NCBI GenBank assembly: GCA_963786955.1
Contig: CAWBAT010000005.1
Coordinates: forward strand, 1,280,001-1,344,000
Origin: an uncultured Acidimicrobiia bacterium
GTDB taxonomy: Bacteria > Acidobacteriota > Terriglobia > Versatilivoradales > Versatilivoraceae
Direction: 5' to 3'
Length of the DNA: 64,000 nucleotides
Made by a program: the position numbers and the translations under genes
Shown here: positions 20,910 through 30,816 of the stretch, in pieces
Layout: every line of letters starts with the position of its first letter
Position numbering within the stretch: position 1 is the stretch's first letter
The notes under the pieces: model-generated
What the model was told of the DNA's origin: nothing
Databases searched by the model: none
Seen by the model: only the letters and a program-made list of their open reading frames with translations

Positions 20910-21926
20910 ATGCTGCATAAACTACCTTCCGCCACCCACGTCCAGGAAACTGAAATCGTCCCTCGGAAAACTCTGATCGATCCGCGCGTGCGGATTCCGA
21001 TCGCGCTCGCCGCCGTGACAATGTGCGTAGCAGTCGCCGTGCTCGGGCCGGACCCGAACCCGTATCTTCGTTCCGCGGAACGCTTTCACGACTTCCTGCA
21101 CGTGCCAGGATTCGGGCTCGTGGCTGCTTTTCTGCTCTTTGGCTTCCCATATCGCCCCGGCGCGACGCTCGGGAGGCGGACTTGGCATGTGGCAGTGCTC
21201 TTCATGGTCTCCGTCGCCATCGGCACCCTGGTCGAATTACTCCAGGGGATGCTAGGCAGCGATCCGGACCCGTGGGACGTCGTGCACGATGGGGCAGGCG
21301 CAGCGGCGATGTTGCTGGGTGCCGCCTCGTTCTGGCCCGCCGTGCGAACGTCCGGTCGCTGGGGACTACGTCTGGCGGCGCTGATTGCGGCGATCGGCTT
21401 TGCGGGGCCGACGATCTACGCGATTACCGACGAGGCCCGCGCACGGCGCGAATTCCCTGTCCTTGCCAGTTTCAACCGAGCCGAAGAGATCGACCGCTTC
21501 GAGTGGTCGGCTCTCGCGTCCGCGTCGCTCGTGCGCTTGGACAGGGGCGGCGCGGGCCAACGACGAGCGGTTCAGGTGACGTTTTCTCCCGGCGAGTACC
21601 CGGGGTTCACTTTGAAGTATTTCCCGCGAGACTGGCGCGGTTTCCAGCAGTTCGTCCTCTCTTGTACCAACGTTTCGGACGTCCCGTTCGACGTGACCAT
21701 CCGGCTCGATGACATGCAACACAACGAGGATTATTTTGATCGCTTCAACCGGAGCTACGTGCTCGCGCCGGGCCGCAACGAGATAGTCATTCCCTTGGCC
21801 GCCGTCGAGGCTGCACCGCTTGGGCGGAAGTTCGACCTCGGTCGCGTCCGGAGCGTCATGATTTTCGCCTATCGGTTGAAAGCGTCGCGGGAGATCCTGG
21901 TCGAAAGCCTGCGCCTCGATCGCTGA
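20910..21926 (+). CDS. VanZ-like membrane protein fused to a C-terminal carbohydrate-binding-like domain
   Basis: H..F, ELLQ....DPWDV..D.AG VanZ-type motifs; C-terminal PRDWRGFQQF..IRLDD..FNRSYVLAPGRNEIVIPL. Confidence 0.65.
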   Translation: MLHKLPSATHVQETEIVPRKTLIDPRVRIPIALAAVTMCVAVAVLGPDPNPYLRSAERFHDFLHVPGFGLVAAFLLFGFPYRPGATLGRRTWHVAVLFMVSVAIGTLVELLQGMLGSDPDPWDVVHDGAGAAAMLLGAASFWPAVRTSGRWGLRLAALIAAIGFAGPTIYAITDEARARREFPVLASFNRAEEIDRFEWSALASASLVRLDRGGAGQRRAVQVTFSPGEYPGFTLKYFPRDWRGFQQFVLSCTNVSDVPFDVTIRLDDMQHNEDYFDRFNRSYVLAPGRNEIVIPLAAVEAAPLGRKFDLGRVRSVMIFAYRLKASREILVESLRLDR

Positions 21927-22033
21927 GCGCAGCTAGGACACTCAACGCGGTGGGGTATCATACCATCTTGGAAAGGCCAAGCTAGTATCGGTATTGCGTC
22001 ATCTCGCACCACCCCTGCGGCACTGCGCGCCAT

Positions 22034-22060
22034 ATCCCCTCCTCAGCAGAGGAGGGGAGC
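22034..22060. repeat. Palindromic hairpin repeat between convergent genes
   Basis: cccctcctc-agca-gaggagggg; same CCCCTCC family as 9250-9272. Confidence 0.5.
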
Positions 22061-22139
22061 TTTCATGCAACCATGCAGTTTCGCGAAAGCAACTAGGTAA
22101 CGGGAATACGCGAGGAAGCTCGCACCAACGGAAGCGGAT

Positions 22140-23069
22140 TTAGTTTATTTTCCTTAAGTTTTGAGGGGGGAGGGGAGCTGAAGCGTCCGTTGAGCATCCA
22201 ATTCGCTGGGTGGAAACAACTAAGTTATCCCAATAACGTGACTGCACCTGTGAGGCGCCGTTATTAATGTAATTTTCAAAAAATACTGCATTGATGCCAT
22301 AGGTGCTATAGCTACCGATAAAATTTAGGTTGGTTTTGCTTGCCTCAAGATGACCGTCAATCCAGAATTCTTGTATGCCATTCGACTGTCCCGCATCGTT
22401 CAACTTCACGTGCGCTTCAACGCAGTTCCACGTTCCGGCATTTGGAGAAGTGAAGATTGGGGTAGTACCACTCGCGCCCCCCAGGTAAACGATATGGGAA
22501 CTATCGTTATAGCCAACGCAATTTACCGTACTTCCTGTTACACAACTTGCAGGATCAATGAGTAAGTAATTATTGTTCCCCCCTGTATCATTTGACCATA
22601 GGTGAGCAATCATCGCCTCCGACCAATTCGAGGCAACAAAAGAAATCGCCCGTGTGAACTTGCTGTTGTGTCCACTTCCCTGACCAACCCAGTTGGCTTG
22701 AGACTTCAAATAGACCCGGTAATACACTTCTCGAAATTTCGTTGTACTATCCACTCCTGCAGGAGGAGGCATACCTGCACCTGGAGGTGTCATCCCTAGC
22801 GCTAATTTAAGTGATCCTGCATCCACTTGTCCGGAAGTCCAACTTGCCCGCATCCCATACGAATTGTTGAAGCCAATTCCAGACACTCTCGCAAAGCCGC
22901 CCTGGCCAGACGAATCAAAGTAGTTGGATATCTTGTCCGTTTCGAAATCATCGCACCATAACCAGGCCGGATGCAGTGTTTTCCAGTTGGACGGGCATTC
23001 GTCCGCAAATGAATTCAACGAAAACGTGGTGTACAGACAGAGCATGGCAAAGGGAATTGCATATTTCAC
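22140..23069 (-). CDS. Secreted beta-jelly-roll, polysaccharide-lyase-like protein with C-terminal PLPPQNLRKIN tail (E1)
   Basis: GTG start after GGAG; signal peptide ..SLNSFA; WCDDFE, EVYYRVYLK, W.CVE.HVKLN, FWIDG, YWDNLVVST. Confidence 0.6.
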   Translation of the reverse strand: MKYAIPFAMLCLYTTFSLNSFADECPSNWKTLHPAWLWCDDFETDKISNYFDSSGQGGFARVSGIGFNNSYGMRASWTSGQVDAGSLKLALGMTPPGAGMPPPAGVDSTTKFREVYYRVYLKSQANWVGQGSGHNSKFTRAISFVASNWSEAMIAHLWSNDTGGNNNYLLIDPASCVTGSTVNCVGYNDSSHIVYLGGASGTTPIFTSPNAGTWNCVEAHVKLNDAGQSNGIQEFWIDGHLEASKTNLNFIGSYSTYGINAVFFENYINNGASQVQSRYWDNLVVSTQRIGCSTDASAPLPPQNLRKIN

Positions 23070-23138
23070 TGATGTCTCCAAACAAATGATTTGATCTACT
23101 AGGGCCCAGTTCTCTGCAGGAAGCGGCAGAGAATTTAC

Positions 23139-23960
23139 TTATTGAATCCGCAGGTTAGTCGGTGGATTGGGAGGATTAACGGGACTTCCTGAAATATTCG
23201 AATTCCATGTATCATCTGTCGAGTAATCATCTGTCCATATATTTCCACCAGACCCGCAGGAACTTCCACCATTGCAATTCTGATGGTAGAAGACCTGGCA
23301 CATCGCATTGCCCCAGGTCGCCCCAGAAAAATCCCCACTCGCAGAATTGTAGAGATTGTGAACGAAGCTACCTACACTTGTTCCATTGACAAACAGTTCT
23401 ACCTTTCCACTGCCACCAGAAGTCGTTTGAAGAGTCAATGCGATAATGTACTCTTGATAATTCTTAGCCGCCGCTCCATTGAAGTTGTAATTCACGCTCC
23501 CGCAGACCCCACCACTACAACCGCTTCCATTGGTCGACTCCACGTTGATATTCGTCGTGTCGAGGTAAAACGTGAGCAGGTCACTGCCTCCGCCCTGCGT
23601 CAGCCGAATGATCTTATTGTGGCCCCTATTCCCAAAGCTAAACGTGCTGCCAAACTTCATCCACCAACGAAAGTAAAACGTCTTCCCACTAAACCACGTC
23701 CCAGCCCCGTAACTCCCGCTCTGCAAGTCATTACACCCACTCTGCCCATCACTTCCATCAGGAATCGTGTACTTCATCGCTCCGCTGCCATCATGCCCCC
23801 CCGTTGCATCAATCACCGCATTCGCAAAATTACACGTCCCTTTACTCGTCGTCGCACTGTCCGCATTCCAAGTAAAGTAGTTAGTTGCCATGGCGTCCTG
23901 ACCGGCCACGAACAGACAGAGAAACCAGATTATAGCCGCCAGACAAGACGACTTTTTCAT
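23139..23960 (-). CDS. Secreted beta-jelly-roll, polysaccharide-lyase-like protein with C-terminal PNPPTNLRIQ tail (E2)
   Basis: ATG 23960, signal peptide MKKSSCLAAIIWFLCLFVAGQDAMA; FYFRWWMKF, NKIIR, GKVELFVNG, IWTDD. Confidence 0.55.
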   Translation of the reverse strand: MKKSSCLAAIIWFLCLFVAGQDAMATNYFTWNADSATTSKGTCNFANAVIDATGGHDGSGAMKYTIPDGSDGQSGCNDLQSGSYGAGTWFSGKTFYFRWWMKFGSTFSFGNRGHNKIIRLTQGGGSDLLTFYLDTTNINVESTNGSGCSGGVCGSVNYNFNGAAAKNYQEYIIALTLQTTSGGSGKVELFVNGTSVGSFVHNLYNSASGDFSGATWGNAMCQVFYHQNCNGGSSCGSGGNIWTDDYSTDDTWNSNISGSPVNPPNPPTNLRIQ

Positions 23961-24885
23961 TCTGGCTAAATAGAGCTTCCTGCTGCTGGGGAGACGCCAA
24001 AATGAAGAGGTGATTGTCATAGCAAAACTTCTCCTTGATTTGAACCGTTTCGTCAAGAGCGAACCTACATTGCCCGATAGGCTGAGTTTTCCGTCCCGCA
24101 ATGATCTTTCAACGTTCATTGGCTCACCGAATTCAAACCTATCCGAACTGCGCGCCAATGCCAGCGTCTTCTTTGCGGACCTCAATTGATTCTCTTGCGT
24201 CCCGGGGACCGTATATTGAAATCTTTCAGGCGCCATTTGGATTTCGTAGAACGACTGTCGAGCCCGGAAACATTACGGCATGAGAATCGCCAAAATCGCT
24301 CAGGCGTCAAGAACCAGATTAGCAGCTTTCTGGCCGCAGTTCACGCTTTCTTGGGGGCAGCTCAGAAATATGAAATTCCTAGCCAAGTTTGAGTATACAA
24401 CTTTCTTTTAAGTTGGATAGTTATGCTAACGAATCATCCAGTCCAAGCGGTGGAAAAGTCAAATCAATACCTGAACTTAGCCGATCTAATCCAGCCTGGA
24501 CCAGGTCTCCGGGATCATTACGACCTCTGAAGGAAGCTTCTTAACGAAACAGACTGAGCGGAGGCTTAAGAGGTTTTTGCCTGCACCCCTCGACTGCGTT
24601 CCGTCATTGAGTTCGAGGAAGGCCATAACTAATTCTGTAATGTCGAGAACAATATTGCAACCGCTGATCAAATCGTGTTGAAAAGTGACGTCCGAGCAGA
24701 GCGCCCCAGCCATACTTTGCTTATTGATGGAACAGGCACATGGACTTACCTTATACTTTGCCGACAGGCGCGCGTCACAGCGATGACAGTGATGGGACGG
24801 GCCATACTGAAGAAAGAGATCCATTCCCACCAGTACTAAAGGTAACAGGGGGTTGTGGCGATATAGATTTGGCCTTCTAAATACC

Positions 24886-25956
24886 ATGCCTATTAGTCCT
24901 CCAAATATCGCCCCAAAGGAAACCACAGTTACTGAAATATCGAATCGTCTTGACTCTGTTACATCCTACAACGCGTATCGCGAAAGACACCGGCACAATA
25001 GCTTCTACCACGATCCCGCCTGGGTAGACGTTATCCGTTCCTGCTTTGGTCACGAGACTCATTGGATTACGGTAAAGCAAAATGACAGGCTGACCGGAGC
25101 TCTTCCGCTGGTTTTCCTAAAGAGCCGGCTATTCGGAAAGGCGCTGGTCTCCATGCCCTATTTCAACTATGGCGGGATTCTGGCAGATGATAGCAGCGTC
25201 ACACAAATTCTCGTAAAGGGAGCTCTTGACCTTAAAGCAAGATTGCGGGCAGATTACATCGAGCTTCGTCAGACAGAAAAACTGGACTCCAACTGGCCCT
25301 TCCGGTCAAACAAGGTAAATATGCTGCTGTCGCTTCCTGGGCACGCCGAAACGCTCATGAAAGGCTTCAAGTCGAAGCTGCGCAATCAAATCCGACGTCC
25401 GGAAAAAGAGGGCTGTACCTTCCACTGGGGACAGGTCGAGCTTCTGCCTGAGTTTTACTCGGTTTTTGCAGAAAATATGAGAGATTTGGGTACACCTGTT
25501 TACCCGCAACGCTTTTTCAATACTATTCTTGAAAAATTCTCCGGTCAGTCCAATATTGCGGTGGTTCGGCTACGACAGAAGCCGGTTGCAGCCGCCTTCC
25601 TCGTTCATTATCAAAACAAGATGGAGATCCCCTGGGCAAGCTCCTTGAGGTCTTTTAATCCGGTCTCTCCAAATATGATGTTGTATTGGGGGGCTCTCGA
25701 GCGTGCTATTGCAATGGAAATGATCCAATTTGATTTCGGACGCTCATCTGTGGGCAGTGGAACATACCAATTCAAAGAACAGTGGGGTGCTTTGCCGCAT
25801 CCGACTTTTTGGATTTATCCAGGGAGCGCGGCCTCTCAACTTCCTGAACACAGCCCCCAAAGTAGCAAGTTTTTCTGGGCTACTCAGATTTGGAGGCGTC
25901 TGCCCCTGTTTCTGACAAACACAGCCGGACCCTGGATCGTTAAGAATATTCCGTAA
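24886..25956 (+). CDS. FemAB-like (GNAT-fold) exosortase-system-associated protein
   Basis: SMPYFNYGG, KLRNQIRR, NMRDLGTPV, SPNMMLYW, FDFGRS, FKEQWG. Confidence 0.88.
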   Translation: MPISPPNIAPKETTVTEISNRLDSVTSYNAYRERHRHNSFYHDPAWVDVIRSCFGHETHWITVKQNDRLTGALPLVFLKSRLFGKALVSMPYFNYGGILADDSSVTQILVKGALDLKARLRADYIELRQTEKLDSNWPFRSNKVNMLLSLPGHAETLMKGFKSKLRNQIRRPEKEGCTFHWGQVELLPEFYSVFAENMRDLGTPVYPQRFFNTILEKFSGQSNIAVVRLRQKPVAAAFLVHYQNKMEIPWASSLRSFNPVSPNMMLYWGALERAIAMEMIQFDFGRSSVGSGTYQFKEQWGALPHPTFWIYPGSAASQLPEHSPQSSKFFWATQIWRRLPLFLTNTAGPWIVKNIP

Positions 25957-25984
25957 CGCCAAGTTCCGCAAATTCAGGGTAATT

Positions 25985-26572
25985 GTTGTAGCTGGGATCG
26001 CTGATCCTGGCCTGGGAGATTGGACATTTTTCGATAAAGTGCAGCGGCAGAATGCCGCTGCTTCCCCTGAGTGCCCTGTAAATTAGGCGATAGAATTCTA
26101 GCCCAGGGCCAGCGAGGAGCAAGAGCTCCTCACGCCGCCCTGGGTCAGCATTTCAACCAATATTATCTCCTCTCCCCCCGAATTGCTAGCCTTTCGGCGA
26201 TTCGGGGGGAGAGGGCGGGAGTGGGGGGTATTCGTTGCCAAATCCTGAATCATGCGTTTCGTTGTTGTTGCAGTGTTTGTCGGAACGAAGCGTGAGTTTT
26301 CGACGTCGACACCTTCTGCCCCCCCCTCACCTTCGCCCTCTCCCCCAACACGGAAAAGGTGTTGGGGGAGAGGGTAGGAATTCGTGGGAACGCTGACCCA
26401 GGGCAGCCGCAGCGGCTACTGCCGCTGGCGGCGCCCTGGGCTAGAATCCAACGCCCCGATGGGGCTCTCGAAGGAGGAAGCGGCCTCATGCCGCTTCATA
26501 AATGTCCAAACTCCAGAGCTGGGATCGCTGATCCTGGCCTGGGGGCCGGCCTCACCGCGGCCAGCTACAGCT
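25985..26572. repeat. Mosaic of palindromic repeats
   Basis: gctgggatcgctgatcctggcctggg at ~25991 and ~26518; ctctcccc/ggggagag hairpins at ~26170-26212 and ~26336-26373; ccctgggctagaat inverted pair. Confidence 0.55.
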
Positions 26573-27037
26573 TGCACAAGTTAATTTCAAGTCTATCGCT
26601 TCATTTCTCGACCCACCCATTTGATTCCGCGAAGTCTCACTTCTTTTAGCATCCAATCCACGATGGCTATTACTGGTCCCAACTTGTAGTAGCTCCGCTT
26701 CAGATCCTTCGGTAACGGCGGCATTGCGTTACCCACGGCCTCCCGCAACGTCCTCCCTAACTACTCTGCTTTACGAGTTCCTTCCCGAATTCCCCCACCC
26801 CCAACTCACATCTACTCGAGTCCTCTTTGGATAATTCCACTGTAGCTCTCCAGCTCAAGGGCCCCGACCTTCTCAAAATTTCTCTCGGTTCAAATTGCAG
26901 CTCTTAGATTTCCGAGTGATGGCAAACATATGGTTCAGAAAGGGACTAATTCATAGATCCGAAATCAACTAGCGCTAAACCTTCAAAAATTTGGCGATGC
27001 AGGATGTGCGGAGCAAGATTCGCTCCCCGGTAACAGA

Positions 27038-27057
27038 ATTGTTCACAGTGGAACAAT
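27038..27057. promoter_or_regulatory. Palindrome (TGT-N10-ACA), candidate enhancer-binding-protein site
   Basis: attgttc-acagtg-gaacaat, about 50 bp upstream of the sigma-54 motif. Confidence 0.4.
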
Positions 27058-27106
27058 CTCAGATGATTAAACATTAGACGTTGCAAGATTAGAGGTCAAA
27101 AACGAA

Positions 27107-27122
27107 TGGCATGCAAGTTGCT
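27107..27122 (+). promoter_or_regulatory. Sigma-54 (-24/-12) promoter
   Basis: TGGCATG-CAAG-TTGCT, near-perfect match to TGGCACG-N4-TTGCW with exact spacing. Confidence 0.7.
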
Positions 27123-27173
27123 GTACTTCAAGATGGAAAGAGGGCTTTTCTTGATTGGAGGAATCATAACATC

Positions 27174-27680
27174 ATGAAGTATAAAGCAGATAAACTTATT
27201 ACGATCACTATACTTCTTATTGTTGGAATGGTTCTTTTGCCTTCCTGTTTAATGGCAGCAGATGTTCAACTTGCCTGGAATGCCAATACAGAGTCCAACT
27301 TGGGTGGATACAGGATCTACTACGGGACGAGTTCGGGTAACCTGAGCAGTTCAGTCAACGCCGGGAACGTGACAGCCTATACCCTGACCGGACTTTCGCT
27401 TGGAACAACTTACTATTTTGCGGCGACTGCCTATAACACATCTGGGAGCGAAAGTGGTTTTTCAAACATCGTTTCTGCGACGGCTGGTTCTTCTTCTTCG
27501 CCTAGCTGTGATGTGAATGGGGATGGTTCTGTGAACGCACTCGATCTACAAGGATTGAGCAATGGCATATTGGCTGGATCCACGTCCAGTGTTTACGACA
27601 TTAATCGGGATACCGCAGTGAACGCTTTGGACTTGCAACGGCTTGCAAATATTATTCTCGGCACCGCTGTTTGCCAGTAG
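27174..27680 (+). CDS. Secreted Fn3 (A strand absent) + C-terminal dockerin-like protein (P1)
   Basis: GGAGG RBS; signal peptide then ADVQLAW..GYRIYYG..TYYFAATAY; duplicated Ca-binding loop-helix CDVNGDGSVNALDLQ / YDINRDTAVNALDLQ. Confidence 0.8.
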   Translation: MKYKADKLITITILLIVGMVLLPSCLMAADVQLAWNANTESNLGGYRIYYGTSSGNLSSSVNAGNVTAYTLTGLSLGTTYYFAATAYNTSGSESGFSNIVSATAGSSSSPSCDVNGDGSVNALDLQGLSNGILAGSTSSVYDINRDTAVNALDLQRLANIILGTAVCQ

Positions 27681-27726
27681 CTGCGAGAATGGGAATCATC
27701 AGACTAACTAAGGTGAAGGATTGGTC

Positions 27727-29406
27727 ATGCATATAGACAAGCGCTTTGCATTTCTTTTGATGGCTTTGATGATAATCTTGGGGGCATTCGTCTTATCGAC
27801 AGAGACCGCATTTGCCCAGGCCCCGGTTGTGAGCGTTGGAACGGCCAGCGGAAACGCTGGAACAGCTGTGGACTTGACCGTGTCTTTCACGGCTGGCGCC
27901 ACTGGAGTAAGCACCCTCCAATTTGACCTGACGTTCCCCTCGTCTCTAGCCTATGTTTCGACGACAACAGGTGCGGCGGCAACCGCGGCTGGGAAATCGG
28001 CAAGTGGCAGCGCTATCTCCGGAGGTGCTCGAGTGTTGGTCTTCGCACTTAACACAACCTCGATTGGTTCGGGTGCAGTCGCCATAGTTCGACTCAACAT
28101 CGCCAGTGTCACCAGCCCGGCATCCATACCTGTGGGCATCACGGGAATTGTCGCATCAGATTCTGTCAGCAACGCGGTTACTGCTAACGGTTCTGGCGGC
28201 TCGGTCACAGTCACAACCCCTGGCGACACGACCGCACCGGTGATTTCGGCAGTGACGGCCTCAGGCATGACGGCGACGGGAGCAACCATTAGCTGGACGA
28301 CCAACGAAGCGTCTGATACGCAGGTGGAGTATGGGAAGACGACGGCTTATGGAAGTCTGACGACGTTAAATGGCAGCATGGTGACGTCGCACTCACAGGG
28401 TTTGAGTGGACTCACGGCCAGCACGACTTATAACTACCGGGTGCGGTCGAAGGATGCGGCTGGAAACCAGGCGGTATCGGGGAACGCAACGTTTGCGACG
28501 ACAGCGGCGGCGGACACAACGGCACCGGTGATTTCGGCAGTGACGGCCTCAGGCATGACGGCGACGGGAGCAACCATTAGCTGGACGACCAACGAAGCGT
28601 CTGATACGCAGGTGGAGTATGGGAAGACGACGGCTTATGGAAGTCTGACGACGTTAAATGGCAGCATGGTGACGTCGCACTCACAGGGTTTGAGTGGACT
28701 CACGGCCAGCACGACTTATAACTACCGGGTGCGGTCGAAGGATGCGGCAGGAAACCAGGCGGTATCGGGGAACGCAACGTTTGCGACGACAGCGGCGGCG
28801 GACACGACGGCACCGGTGATTTCGGCAGTGACGTCGTCAGGGATGTCGGCGACGGGAGCGACTATTAGCTGGACGACCAATGAAGCGTCGGATACACAGG
28901 TGGAGTATGGGACGACGACGGCTTATGGGAGTCTGACGACGTTAAATGGCAGCATGGTGACGTCGCACTCGCAGGGTTTGAGTGGACTCACGGCCAGCAC
29001 GACTTATAACTACCGGGTGCGGTCGAAGGATGCGGCTGGAAACCAGGCGGTATCGGGGAACGCAACGTTTGCGACGACAACGGCGCCGGACACGACGGCA
29101 CCGGTGATTTCGGCAGTGACGTCGTCAGGGATGACGACGACGGGAGCGACCATTAGCTGGACGACCAATGAAGCGTCGGATACACAGGTGGAGTATGGAA
29201 CGACGACGGCTTATGGGAGCACCACAACCCTCAACACTTCCCAGCTCACCAGTCATCTCCAATCGGTGAGTGGTTTGTCTGCGAGGACGCTTTACCACTA
29301 TCGAGTCAAATCCAAAGATGCGGCAGGTAATCTGGCTACTTCAGCTGACTTGACTTTTACCACTTCCTCAGTCTTACCCCCTCCAACCAATGTTACGGTC
29401 AAGTAG
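27727..29406 (+). CDS. Secreted cohesin-like + four Fn3-like repeats + C-terminal LPPPTNVTVK tail (P2)
   Basis: Signal peptide ..AFA; VSVGTASGNAGTAVDLTVSF..GVSTLQFDLTF..G.VAIVRLNI cohesin pattern; 4 x 96-aa DTTAPVIS..ATISWTTNE repeats. Confidence 0.78.
   Translation: MHIDKRFAFLLMALMIILGAFVLSTETAFAQAPVVSVGTASGNAGTAVDLTVSFTAGATGVSTLQFDLTFPSSLAYVSTTTGAAATAAGKSASGSAISGGARVLVFALNTTSIGSGAVAIVRLNIASVTSPASIPVGITGIVASDSVSNAVTANGSGGSVTVTTPGDTTAPVISAVTASGMTATGATISWTTNEASDTQVEYGKTTAYGSLTTLNGSMVTSHSQGLSGLTASTTYNYRVRSKDAAGNQAVSGNATFATTAAADTTAPVISAVTASGMTATGATISWTTNEASDTQVEYGKTTAYGSLTTLNGSMVTSHSQGLSGLTASTTYNYRVRSKDAAGNQAVSGNATFATTAAADTTAPVISAVTSSGMSATGATISWTTNEASDTQVEYGTTTAYGSLTTLNGSMVTSHSQGLSGLTASTTYNYRVRSKDAAGNQAVSGNATFATTTAPDTTAPVISAVTSSGMTTTGATISWTTNEASDTQVEYGTTTAYGSTTTLNTSQLTSHLQSVSGLSARTLYHYRVKSKDAAGNLATSADLTFTTSSVLPPPTNVTVK
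28225..29370 (+). repeat. Intragenic tandem repeat, 288-bp unit x4
   Basis: Units start at 28225, 28513, 28801, 29089; first three nearly identical in DNA, fourth diverges after ~29220. Confidence 0.92.
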
Positions 29407-29771
29407 CATCGACAGAGCTTTGGTGTGTTAATTCCGCCTCCTATTATTCAGTCCTCCCGTTTCGCGAGACTGTTGCTGCGATCGTTTCTCGAAAGATCGT
29501 AGTATTCGAGTTTCCCGTCATCAACTCTTAAAACAACATATTCAGTCACTTAGGTTGTTTGATTCGTCATATATCATTCAAACTTTCTTCGTCTTCCTGT
29601 CGTGTATGCCTGTGTGCACGCCTCACTGTTTAAGCTCTATTTGTATTTATTTCCGTAGCAAAGATGGGCCGATTGATTCAGGCAATACCTCTTGTATTCA
29701 GGTGATGATCTCCGTTAGGATTCAAATAGGAAACTATTACTCATCTTTTATCGGAAAGGGAGCAGATATCG

Positions 29772-30701
29772 ATGCGGATACTTGTGACAGGTGGTGCTGG
29801 ATTCCTGGGGTCACATCTTTGTGAGGTTTTACTAGAGGAGAAGAATGAAGTGATTTGCCTCGACAACTTCTTCACTGGGTCGAAACGGAACGTTTATCAT
29901 TTGATGGATTTCAGGTACTTTGAGATCTTGCGGCACGATGTCATCAATCCGATCGATATCGAAGTGGATCAGATCTACAACCTGGCTTGTCCAGCCTCTC
30001 CAGTATTCTATCAATTCAATCCCGTTCGCACGATCCAGGCCAATGTTTTAGGTGTTACGAACATGTTAGAGCTTGCGAAAAGGACAAAAGCTAGAATTCT
30101 GCAGGCTTCGACTTCTGAGGTCTACGGCGATCCTGCCGTTCACCCCCAACGAGAAGACTATTGGGGGAATGTGAATCCGGTTGGAATCCGCAGTTGCTAT
30201 GATGAGGGCAAGCGAGTCGCAGAAGCCTTAATGATGGATTATTACCGCCAATACGCAATAGACATTAAGATTGTGAGAATCTTCAACACTTACGGACCGA
30301 GGATGGCAGTCAATGATGGAAGAGTTGTCAGCAATTTCATTGTTCAAGCACTCAAGGGAGGAGACATCACGGTATATGGTGATGGCCAGCATACACGCTC
30401 CTTCTGTTTTGTTTCAGATCTCGTGGCGGGGTTGAATGCGATGATGACCAGTGCGGATTTCACTGGCCCGGTTAACCTGGGGAACCCGGCTGAATTCACC
30501 ATTCTTAGCCTGGCAAGCAAGGTCATCGAACTAGTGGGCTCCCGTTCGAAGATTGTGTTCAACCCCTTACCATCAGATGACCCTTCTCGTCGTCGTCCAG
30601 ACATCAGTTTAGCTAAAGAGAAACTAAACTGGTCTCCGATTGTCCCGATCGATGAGGGTTTGGTGAAAACGGTCGAATACTTCAGGAAAGCATTGGCTTA
30701 A
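29772..30701 (+). CDS. UDP-glucuronic acid decarboxylase (UDP-xylose synthase family SDR)
   Basis: [43 protein letters not shown]. Confidence 0.92.
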   Translation: MRILVTGGAGFLGSHLCEVLLEEKNEVICLDNFFTGSKRNVYHLMDFRYFEILRHDVINPIDIEVDQIYNLACPASPVFYQFNPVRTIQANVLGVTNMLELAKRTKARILQASTSEVYGDPAVHPQREDYWGNVNPVGIRSCYDEGKRVAEALMMDYYRQYAIDIKIVRIFNTYGPRMAVNDGRVVSNFIVQALKGGDITVYGDGQHTRSFCFVSDLVAGLNAMMTSADFTGPVNLGNPAEFTILSLASKVIELVGSRSKIVFNPLPSDDPSRRRPDISLAKEKLNWSPIVPIDEGLVKTVEYFRKALA

Positions 30702-30708
30702 TTACTTA

Positions 30709-30806
30709 GTACTGCTTTTCATAAATACGGTGACGTTAACGCCGGGTCGGTGACCCCACGCGGCGCCTATCCTAAGATACGTCACCGTAATTACGAATAG
30801 CAGTAC
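30709..30806. mobile_element. MITE-like element (copy 2, internally shorter)
   Basis: TIRs gtactgcttttcataaatacggtgacgt / acgtcaccgtaattacgaatagcagtac; TTA (within CTTAG) on both flanks. Confidence 0.7.
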
Positions 30807-30816
30807 TTAGTACGCA

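Noticed and set aside
23961-24236. N-terminal 92 aa of the 365-aa ORF
   Set aside because: A signal peptide starts at Met93 (23960); the upstream part is probably non-coding. The same applies to extensions of ORFs at 10568, 27111, 33408, 35341 and 43143.
24486-24926. 146-aa - strand ORF
   Set aside because: Overlaps the FemAB-like start, has no recognisable motif or RBS; cannot be supported.
25940-26649. Several 60-96 aa ORFs
   Set aside because: They lie within palindromic repeat mosaics; translations reflect repeat sequence.
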